Below are positions 7,363 through 17,194 of a stretch of 18,028 bases of DNA, piece after piece. Each line of letters opens with the position of its first letter. The stretch's first letter is position 1. The notes below the pieces were generated by a model. The model had not been told where the DNA came from. It ran no database searches and was given only the letters and a program-made list of their open reading frames with translations. The position numbers and the translations under genes are program-made. Source of the DNA: Ginkgo biloba (Eukaryota > Plantae > Ginkgophyta); assembly GCA_024626585.2 (NCBI GenBank), contig JANKJI020000002.1, positions 174,150,933-174,168,960 on the forward strand, given 5' to 3'.

Positions 7363-10300
7363 ATTTGATAATAACTACAGCCAATATCTACTATTTAGTA
7401 TTGTGTGCCATGTACCTCATTTAAAATGGCATATATCCTTGGTACAGAATATTGGTTTGTATTCACATTTTGTTCAAACCACATAACACAAAATCAAATG
7501 AACCATCTTCTCTTTTAGCCAATACTACAAGTATTGCATATGGGCTCTTGCTATGTGTGACTCAGCTTGTGTTTAAACATTGTTGGACAAGCCTTTCCAT
7601 TTCAAACTTTTCATGGTAGCTATACCTATATGGGCTTTAAAATAGGTTGCGGCTTGTAGAGTTCCATTTCAATTATATGCTTCATACACCTATTAAGGGG
7701 TGGGAATTTAATTAGATCTTCAAACACATGTTTATGGTTTGCTAAGACTTAGATAATATGTTCTTTTATATGTTGGTAATCTCTATAAGGTTGTTGACGT
7801 TCTCATTCAAAATAATTTGTCATTTGAGATTCCATGGGATATAATCTTGGTACAATAAATCGTCTAATTTACTACTAATGAAATATTTTGTATGGTTTAT
7901 ACCATAGGTAAATAACATTTCCAACCATTTAATGACTAATATAGCATCCCACCCTTCTGCTAGTGGAAAAAAAACATAGGAAATTAGAGGTAACTATATA
8001 CTACCCATAGAGTTTTTTATTTTTATTTCACCATTGCAAATTAATGTAAGATATCCTAGAATTGATCCACCAATCCTATTTGTTTTACCTACTTTGTATC
8101 TATGAAGTTATGTTTCTTGAATCTACGAGCACTACCAACTTGGTTTTACAAATAGCTCTCTAGAAGTAAGTGTTCTAAAAAAAATATATCATTAAAATTG
8201 GTTTTTCTCATTAACGACCAAGGGATTGTTGACATTATTTTCTTCGTCGTCATTTGTTGCCTCATCTCCATTTAATATGCTTCCCATGGCTTCAAAGGAA
8301 AATATAGTTGCCTACATATCTTGTTGCAAACTTCACATACATTAGCATCCATTTTTCATTGCATTTGTAACAAATGTCGTAAATCTTTCTTTGGCCCCTT
8401 TTTCCCTTTTCTTGGTAGGATAGTTTGTCATTTTGATTCACATTTTCTCGCTATCTAGTACTTCTTGATTGGTTATCCATTTCATATCTATGTCTTTTGT
8501 GTGGCATAATGTGGTGCTCTCTAGTGACAAGGTGGCTTTCTTCTACAAAATTTGTCAAATCCATTAAGTACCATATAGTCGTCACTTTACACTTGCCTGC
8601 CTCTGCATTTAGTTCGAGGCATAGGTTTCTAGCATACAAGTCTACTACATCTCATGATGGAATGTCAATTTTATTGAAAAACACTCGAATTGATATGTTT
8701 ATTCTTGTACCATCATTTTTCCTTGAAGACAAGTAAATTGGTCATTGTAAGGCAAAAGCCCTATTTGCAATTGGCTTTTGTGCAAAAACACTATAAATTA
8801 TTCGCAACTATGTTTGTGGTCAATAATTATTAAACAATTTGGGTGCTCATGTTTAGTGTTGCCTCACATTACATTTAGAGCAAATCTTATTCGGTTCCAT
8901 TTATTTTTTACCTATAAATCTATAGATACAACATCCAACTTTGCTAACCATTCTATTAGTTCCATATTTATCAAATATGTATAATTGAACTTTGACTTGC
9001 GCCTTGATTTGTACTCTTGTTACTCCACTTGTAGATTTTGCACACTCAAAAGACTATACATGGGCTTTTGCATGTAGTTAACTTGTATCATGCCCTTAGA
9101 TGATGCTATCAATTTATGCTCAACTTTCTAAACCAATCATTCTGGTTGACTTGTTTTAATTGCTTCCTTCTTCTTCACTATCAAACTTGGCTTTCAACAT
9201 TTGTACATCGAGTTGCAAGTTACCACTTGTTTCCATCTTCTATTCCATCATATTAAAGAGGAATACAAAGTAGAGTTACAATGAAATGAGGGATACAAAA
9301 TAAGAACATAAAGGTGAAGTGCAATTTTGACGAAAAAAAAAAAGATCAGTTTCTCTATACAAAGAGTATTTCAAATGTAGAAAGGTGAGGTAATGTGTTT
9401 ACTTCAGCAGTGCTCTTGTATATCAAATGAAAATGTCCAAAAAGTTAAATAAATTGATGCTTGTAATGACCCTTTTTAGCCCAATTGTAGGCTCCAAATC
9501 AAATGCCGAGTCTCCCACTACGACCACATGAAGACTATAATCAAATTTATCGTTTGTTTGTCTAATTAAGGCCAATTTAAGGGTCCTCCAAGTGACTTTA
9601 TTAAAACATTTTTGGCCCCAAAGTTATGTACAAAGAAACATTAGTCTCCCCACTCCTATTAGGGCTTGAGGACCCTTTTGGTTATGATTTCAAGTTCACA
9701 ACACTTTACATTGCTTTCCTATGCCTTGTACTTGAAATTTTATTAGTGGATTTATATTATTTTATCCAACACTATCAGTTCAACCTACTCTTGGGTACTT
9801 ACCCCATCATTTCAGCCTAGGGTTGGGTCGTTGAGTCCATACACAAGATTGATTGAATCTGCTTTAGATTGTTTTATGCATCAACACATGAGCCCATATG
9901 ACTGACCCATTTGGTTTACATTAGAATTCCTTACGTATTTTCACCTCAATGGATTGTTAAATCAATGCTTTTAAAGGAAGCCTTCTGCGAATTCGTTTTC
10001 CTAGTAATGCTCCTCCACATAAAACATAAAGAACAACATTTTGTATATATTTACAATCTACTCCACGTTTGGATGAGTTACACTCCTGCCATACATTTGA
10101 GGATTAAATTCCATTTTAAAGCCACTATATTCAAAAAACATTCAATTGTTGTTATGCTTTAAAGGCTGTCATATTCAATACACAAACAATTGTCAACATC
10201 TTTTTTGACCTCAACATTATCCTAGCAATAGCTCTCCAATTTTGTGATTGAAATATCTTTGACTATTGCAATGATCTTGTAGTCTCCTGAAAGCATTACG

Positions 10301-12214
10301 ATGTTCACAACTTCCACACATTCTGCAATAATCAAACTAAGACAGTGGACCTGTTTGTAAGAGCATGGCTGGAAGCATTCAAAATTAGTACCATTGCAAA
10401 GAAATAAACTCAAATTAGGTTGATGAGAATAAGCATGCACAAGAACACTAGCTACTAGTGAAAAATAAAGATTTATATACTTCGGGAAAAAAAAGAACGA
10501 TGTACATTATAATTCTCTAATGAATGCAAATACTATTAGCATGGGGCAGCAGACAGAACCTAAACTCTTCAACCAACATTGGGAGTACAAGTATACACAA
10601 TATGGAGCACCCCTGACACAAAAATCCCTCTGACAGGCTTCACAGAATTTTGCAGAGACATCATCTGATTGTCCCAACTGAAAACACTCATCAATAAACT
10701 AAATGAGTTATGTTCTTGAACATCGTGATGACATCATCACCAAATTGTGTCATCAAATATTTCCTGGCAGCACTAAGTGTAATCCTGGAAGCACCAATCT
10801 TGAGCATAAATATTCAGCCACACTAATACACATGTTCTGCACCTACCCTGCATGTAAACTTTTAAGACAACCCAAACCTCCCAAGGGGAACCAAGATTAA
10901 CTAAGAAGCATCAAGAACTAATTCAGTCCCAGATAGTACTCTGGCAATTAACTTGAAATAATTATAAAACCATGATGCTTTTACTGTAATAATTTCAAAT
11001 CCAAACAAAGCTGCTCTTACAATAACATGAACAGAAATGCTAAAGATATATGGCATTCAAAAGCCATTAAAGCTACTGCTTTCAGTATGCTAGTTACTTA
11101 TCCATGAGTTTTATCAATGGAACTAATAGGAGCACATTTCACACTTAACGCAAATTCAAAGCATGATAAGTATCAATGTCAATATTATTTTGCAAGCCTT
11201 TTCCCCTTGATCTATTATTTGGCAAGGAACCTAAAAGCAATAAAAAGGAAACTTGCATAGATTGTAAGCAATTAAGCATTTCCACTGCTAATACCCTCCA
11301 TAAATTCACCTGCTAAAATGTCCCGTAAGAACCAAAATCAGACATTACCCATGCAATACACATCATTCAGAAAACAAGAAAAGATGAGTCAGAATTGAGG
11401 AATGTGAACTAATGAAACTTCAAATCCTGCATCTGAGTATTAAATCACCTTGCTATCTATTACGGAAGGGGGATCTTCATACGTTTTCTGATGTGATGCA
11501 GAAAGCAGAGCACAAAACTAAACCTCCTCAAAAAGAACCAAAAACTTGTAGTTTACACTCGTATAATACCAAGCTATTAGCTAGACTAGGAATCAGCAAG
11601 CAAGATAACGTTCCAATAAATTAATTCTTAAAAACAATCATGACACAAAGATCAACATTAGCTTATTCACAACACGAGGATCTATCTCAATCTGGAAATT
11701 GGGAAGATAACTACAAAAGAACTTCACATATACGTTGTATAATCACTTCAAGAACCACTGTTGGTTACAACTCTAAATGTTATCAAAATACAGTGAATTT
11801 TAGTTTGCATGTAAACCAAAAGATCTGATCACCAAAAATAAACATAAAATATGGACCCAAATCCTTTTGCATTATAGTAAAAACACTTTGCAGATAATCG
11901 GCAGATGTATACAACTGAATGATAGAAACTCTTTCAAGAGACCCACTAAGCGCGTATGAACAATTTACAGGATCAAAGTTGAAACTTTGCAACAAAAGCG
12001 TAATCAAACGAGTCGTTAGATTTGAAATGAGCAATAACAAAGGGTATATATCACAACTCTACTGATAACATTTCTCATTCAAGGCCAATCAGTGAGCTGA
12101 CCATGCAACAATGTTGGTGAAATGTGTATGGGGCATCACAGTGGTGATTCCAATGAAAAGTTCCCACAAGCATGCCCTTTAATGCATAGCAGGAAACGAT
12201 AAATTAGCAATATT

Positions 12215-12296
12215 TCACTTCTCGCCGCTGCCTTGCTGCACAGTCACTATATTAATGTTACAATCCCCACTTTGACATTTGATCCAATCAAATACC
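12215..12296 (-). other. Candidate terminal coding exon of an unidentified minus-strand host transcript
   Basis: Acceptor-like CTCTTTTATGCATGTGATGCAG|G, then a frame reading VFDWIKCQSGDCNINIVTVQQGSGEK*. Followed by UTR-like sequence that retains CpGs. No recognisable homology. Confidence 0.2.
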
Positions 12297-13360
12297 CTGC
12301 ATCACATGCATAAAAGAGATGATACACGGTTAAAAACTGGAGTGATTTCTTATTTGAGACGAGCATCCACAGAACCAAATTTTAAACCAATAACTGGCCA
12401 CATTCAGGATTTGTCCACAAAATATCAAAAATGCATCTCTATTATAACCAATGAAAACAGGAAAGGTCCTCTAATATGCTCAAGATTCCATCTGGCAATT
12501 TTGGTCCTAACCTACCATCCACATTCTTCTACAAGCCTTCATATTTGAAATTTCTCATCATGCATTGGAGCCAAAAACAAGGGTTTTCTTGTTAGCATAC
12601 ATTGTTCTTGTTTCATGTACAAGTATTTCTCTTACTGATGAAATTTCATGGCTCAAGTCTACGACTTAATCTACCCACACCCTCAAAATAATACTTAATG
12701 ATTCTTCCTTTAGCCTAACTCTGTTCTTATAATATCTAAAGACTGTTTAGCCTACGCACCCATGGTATTTGGTCAATCACACACTGACTTGTATTTTATC
12801 CACAGCATGTTTAGTAGCACACTCTTTTGGGACCTCAAAAGTTGTAAAACAAGAAACTTCAATACCAAAAAACAGGGAGGTGCACCTACAAAAAAGTTCA
12901 TAATTTGCATATGGGACTCTGCAGACGTACGTTTTTCTTTCACAAAATATGAATTCTGCTAAAATATCCTACCAAGTCATTTTTCTATATATAAATTCCA
13001 GGAGTTTTTCTTATTTGCAGAGGCTGGGCATCCAGCATATATGTGGATGCTGAACAAGGAGGTTGCACATCCAGCCTACGATGGACCACTTCGTATTCCC
13101 TTTTATTTCCCTTTCCTTTTGAGGGATGGGATGGTGGATGCATTTACCATTTTTTAAATGCATTATTTGGACCAAGAGCACTCCCAAAGGTCCCTGAGAA
13201 GAGAACAATGAGAGTAATCGCAACAATCAATAAAACTATGACATTTGGATTACAGAATAACAGCTTGATAGGAAGTTTCCTGTGAATTTGATCTGTAACT
13301 CAGTGGGTGAGTCAAAATCTCCCAATGTTACAGATCCTTAGGTATCTGCAGCCTGCAACC

Positions 13361-13381
13361 GGTTTAGGGTTTAGGGTTTAG
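13361..13381 (+). repeat. Short interstitial plant telomeric repeat, (TTTAGGG)x3 permuted
   Basis: GGTTTAGGGTTTAGGGTTTAG, a perfect 21 nt. Confidence 0.9.
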
Positions 13382-13510
13382 AATTTGACCAACTTTTCTT
13401 TTTTTTTCATAAATTAGTACTAAAGTCAAGCATGATGGTAGGCCACCTACAATGGTGTAGTTTACTACTAAATCTAAACACGGGGTTATTTGGTGTTAAT
13501 TTGACCAACT
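13382..13510 (-). mobile_element. 5'-truncated non-LTR retroposon (SINE/LINE 3' end), ~103 bp, with perfect 13-bp TSD
   Basis: AATTTGACCAACT at 13382-13394 and 13498-13510. The insert ends in A9-G-A3 on the minus strand (T-run 13395-13407) abutting the left TSD copy. Confidence 0.75.
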
Positions 13511-13587
13511 AAAAAATACAGGTGACCTATCAAGCATATCGATAAACTTGATGTTGCAACTGTGGCATCTTGATCATGCTACAGATG

Positions 13588-13673
13588 TCCTTGGCTACAA
13601 GTCTCGCCTTGTACCTGTCCAATGTACCATATGGCCTCAACTTGGCCATATACCCAATAACTGATTTACCCTT
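13588..13673 (-). pseudogene. Ty1/copia reverse transcriptase fragment
   Basis: KGKSVIG-YMAKLRPYGTLDRYKARLVAK matches the copia RT motif GKKPIGCKWVYKIK..DG.IDRYKARLVAKG, with CKWV deleted. Confidence 0.88.
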
Positions 13674-14280
13674 AAATAAATTCATCAAAATAAACAAAAG
13701 GTTACTATGTCTGAAATTTGCATGCTCTCCTATCAACTTGAATCTAAAAATTCAAGAGCAAATAAAAATGGACATGAACAAATCTTTACACAGATACAAA
13801 AGTTTTGAACTGGGGAAACCCTCTTGGGGAATAAAACTCCATAATGGTATTCAAGTTCTTTTTCAAGAAGAAATTACAATTCAATTGTGCCTTTGCTTCT
13901 GTGTTGAGATGCAACTCATAGAGCTTGCACAATATACACAAAAACATTCAACAATGTGTCGAGCTTTTCTGTCTTCAAGAGACTCTATCACACTCTGTCT
14001 GTGCACTTATTGTTGCTTGCAGAATTGTCCAGATTCTCTATCTAAATGGCTATGTTCTTCTTCGGCCTCTTCTCTAAAAAAAAATGACTCTCTCCCCTAT
14101 GTTCTTCGATTTTTCCCTTTTTCCCCTTCAAATCCCCTTCAATTACCTTAACCATTTGTATCAGTCCAATAGTCTCGAGGAAGTTGAACCATTTTTGTAA
14201 TTGTTAAAATGACAAAAAAACAAATCAATTTTAGTAAGGATGCGCCCAAGAGAAAGTCAAGGTCAAGAATCTTTTTCCTT

Positions 14281-14560
14281 CTCCCTTGATCTCCTTTCTC
14301 CCTAGTTCAGTCATGCAACGCCATCCATATTAGAGCCAGGGAGTTGTCTCCCTTGGTTCGATTCCTCCCTTGTTCAATCAAGGAGCACTATCGCGCCCAA
14401 GGTGAAGGAGCTACCTTTCGCTCCTTGAATTGCCTTCCTCCCTTGTTCAGTTAGGGTGCGCTATCGCACCCAAGGTCAAGGAGCAGCCTCCCTTGATTGC
14501 TTTTCTCCCTAGGTCAATCAGGAAGCACACTGCCAGGTCAGGTAGTGGTCTCCCTTGTTT
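14281..14560. repeat. Degenerate GC-rich tandem sub-repeats (CTCCCTTG core; 73-bp period)
   Basis: TTCCTCCCTTGTTCA...CTATCGC[G/A]CCCAAGGT[G/C]AAGGAGC at 14362-14411 and 14435-14484. 14281-14313 resembles 14488-14520. Hairpin GGGTGCG-CTAT-CGCACCC at 14454-14471. Confidence 0.85.
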
Positions 14561-14896
14561 CAAGGGAACTTTTAAAGTTTACACTAACTTTAAACTTGAA
14601 GTTTTAACTTTAAAAGTTAAGGAAATACCCCATTCCAAGATGATTTCTAGTGGTTTTAGAGGTATCTGATATCACATAAGGAAGTTGTATCCAAATGTCT
14701 TTCTAGTTACAGAAAAACAAGCAATTTTATCTATTTTTCTTTTATCTATTTTTCAAAAAACTATTGCTTTTACCATAACTTTTGATTAACAACTCTATTT
14801 TTCTTACTCTTGGGCTCGTTTTGAAGCTTGTTGGGAATGCTACAACTCTTCCCTTATGGACCTTCAACTGAAACTAAACAATTTTTTCCCAATTTC

Positions 14897-14940
14897 ATCA
14901 CAAGTTGGCTTTTTCTTAATCACAAGTTGGCTTTTTCTTA
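14897..14940. repeat. Perfect 22-bp tandem duplication
   Basis: ATCACAAGTTGGCTTTTTCTTA x2. Confidence 0.95.
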
Positions 14941-15835
14941 AAATTGAAAAAAAAAAACAATATTGGATCAAAAAATAGATCAAAATTAGGTTATAGAAAC
15001 TCAGATTGGAATTTGTAGTATAATTGTAGTTTTTGACAAAGATAAATCACTATTGATCTTAGCAAAAGTGTTCTAAAGTGTTTAAGTAATTTTCAATTAT
15101 GATCAACAATACAAACATGCAAAGCACACTAACGTATAACACAACTGGGATTTTGTCTCCTAAATAGGAACAATCTAAACACAAGCTAATAACAAATGAA
15201 TCAGACGAGGCTACATAGCCACATTCAAAATCTATTGCCTATAGGGTATAGCCTATTTGCCAAGATATCCCAAGTGGGCCACTAGGGACCAATTAAAGAA
15301 CAAACAATAAGAGGTGGAAATAGACCAACTAGTAACAACCTGCAAAATTGGAAATCTCGTTTCATTTATTTTTTCCATTTCTACTTTATTGGAATGCAAC
15401 ATGGATGTTTGTTATAGGAAAACACAAGGAATGTGGTAAGACAAAACAAGAAATAGAAAGAAGTTCAATTTTTGCTTTTTTCCTTCATTCGATATGGAGA
15501 AGACACATATAGCAATTGAGGCATGGTCAAAGAAGTCACTTGCCTACAATTCGAAAGGGAGATAGAATATGCATAGAATCGCCAGACACAAGGTGATCTG
15601 AAACCCAAAAAAGTGTATAGTGAAAGCAAATTTAAACATTCAAATAATGCATAATCAGAAATCACATTCACAGGCAACAATCATATTCATAATAGATTAA
15701 AAATTTTCTCTAAAAAAAATTAAGCGTAACCATAGTGCACTAATTACTGAGTTGCTTATCTCTTAAATGAGACTGAAATCAGAATGCACAAAACAATTGC
15801 CTCATATGAGGATCAACCTACATTTGTATATGGAG

Positions 15836-15946
15836 TCACAAGCTAATGCTTGGAGAAATCGCAAGCTACTGCATGGTACAATCATAGGTTGTTGCTTGGT
15901 ACATTAAAGAGGAATCGCAAGCTAATGCTTGGTGAAATCGCAAGCT
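15836..15946. repeat. 32-bp direct repeat, 79-bp period
   Basis: TC[A/G]CAAGCTAATGCTTGG[A/T]GAAATCGCAAGCT at 15836-15867 and 15915-15946. Confidence 0.9.
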
Positions 15947-16179
15947 TTCACATGAATGGGAAGAACCCTTTACTTCTGAAAATCTCAATCCCAATAGTTT
16001 ATCTCTAAAGAACCCCCAATTTTTAGCTCTCAAAAATTTTTATCATCTTCATTGCTAACTGTCGAATTCAATTACAAAATTGTTCATTTCAACTTCCCGA
16101 AGAGGTGGCATGTCACCAAAATTTACTCGTCGTGGTTGCACATCCTTTTGGCCTAGGTGCATCAATTTATTGACTTTTT

Positions 16180-16780
16180 GCAAATTTGCATTTTTCCACA
16201 ATTTCGATATTTACTCGCAACTAATGGCACGACTTTTTGCCTCGTCGTGAACTTTTATCGACTTTCTTTCTTGCGAATTTGGTATTTTCTCATGATGCGT
16301 TTTCTTGCGACAAAGGGCACAACTTTTTGCCCAATCACAAACTTTTATGACTCTCGAAAAATCTGCATTTTCTGGAAAAATTGGTATTTTCTCGTGATTC
16401 TACTTTTTCTTGTGAACAAAGCGACTTTTTGCATGATTGCAAACTTTTACCAACTTTCATAAACTCTACACTTTCTCGCAAATTTGGTATTTTCTCGCAA
16501 TTCTACTTTTTTTTACCACAAATGGCGCCACTTTTTCCCCATTCATTCGACAATTTCTCGCAACTTGGCATTTTCTTACGTCAGCTTCAAGACTTGGCCA
16601 AATTTTGGTAATATGGCATATGTACAAACTTGTGCAAATCCTTGAAATTCATGCCCCATCATGTTGTACAAAATGCTCGACGCAGCATCATTTTTCCATA
16701 TTACAACATTTTGTTGATTTTTTAGAAATAGGCAATTTCTCGCAATTTCATAAATTCTTCCAATTTGCAAAATTCTTCTG
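16180..16780. repeat. Degenerate ~80-103-bp tandem array rich in TTTCTCGCAA motifs (TE subterminal or satellite-like)
   Basis: Anchor TTGGTATTTTCTC at 16279, 16381 and 16484 (variant at 16565). ACTTTTTGC and AACTTTTA recur with the same spacing. Confidence 0.8.
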
Positions 16781-17194
16781 ATCGACACTTTTTTTAGGCA
16801 AAACCATAGAACTTTTAGGATTTTAAATTGCGTGTAGGTCTTATCGTCAACCCTGAGAATGCCGACCAGGGGCACTGACCCTAAAACCCTTCTAGGGGTC
16901 CTGTGCCTATGACCCCAAAAGGAAACCATAAAATATTTTGGTCTCAAACAAAACCGTGGAGCTAGGCTGATTTTTTAGATCGATATTGTAGCTTTCTTTA
17001 TGAAACTATCAACTTCCTGCCACTATGAAGATTGAAGCTAATAATTATCCTTCTTCAGTAGATCTGACTTGAATCACCAAGTACCCTGCAAATGTAGTAT
17101 TATATTTCACATATAAAAGAACCTGCAATAGGAAACAAATATAAAGGCCTATATTTTGATTATCTAATGGATGTTAATGATATAGCTATTTTAA

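Larger units (their letters stand above)
6341..9883 (-). mobile_element. Ancient, heavily decayed Ty3/gypsy chromovirus (Reina-like): putative LTR/PBS, gag, protease, RT
   Basis: Minus-strand motifs in correct order: decayed PBS TGATATACAAGAGC (9425-9412) after TCA-TT; Gag-like LYARNLCLELNAEAGKCKVTTIWYLMDLTNFVEE (~8640-8540); knuckle ICYKCNEKW (~8375-8350); protease VVLVDS..HNFID (~8135-8097) and EGWDAILVIKWLE (~7957-7920); RT SKSPYAILVVLAKREDG, SYYQILLK, LSNV*TTF*ATMN, LIFFDDILI (~6626-6600), EYLGHIV (6494-6474), LMGFYRKFVGN (~6381-6349). The LTR limits (9428-9883, TGATG at 9883) are tentative. Confidence 0.85.
13700..15108 (-). mobile_element. Probable LTR-derived sequence (solo or truncated LTR), boundaries approximate
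   Basis: U5-like GGGGAAACCCTC...AAAACTCC (~13812-13840), pyrimidine-rich tract, GC-rich sub-repeats (14281-14560) and U3-like CCATAACTTTTGA...GCTCGTTTTGAAGCTT. A possible TGTTG terminus at 15108 (minus). No TSD found; the call rests on pattern familiarity. Confidence 0.4.

Noticed and set aside
10700-12650. C/D-box snoRNA or conserved miRNA cluster (several TGATGA/CTGA words; GTGATGA-CA-TCATCAC at 10725-10740)
   Set aside because: No C/D pair with terminal stem and recognisable rRNA antisense element, and no conserved plant miRNA sequence seen; an Rfam scan would be decisive.
13361-13381. Telomerase RNA template (CTAAACCCT on the minus strand)
   Set aside because: Three full repeats is longer than a usual template, no USE (TCCCACATCG)/TATA Pol III promoter is visible upstream, and the flank is TE-derived.
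13570-14151. 193-aa + strand ORF
   Set aside because: Non-ATG start, no recognisable domain, and it runs antisense through a copia RT scrap into LTR-like sequence; most likely a chance ORF.
15836-15946. CRISPR-like repeat-spacer
   Set aside because: Only two copies with internal sub-repeats, no cas genes, plant nuclear context.
16157-16947. 101-123-aa ORFs with repeated peptides
   Set aside because: By-products of the DNA tandem array; unit lengths are not frame-preserving.
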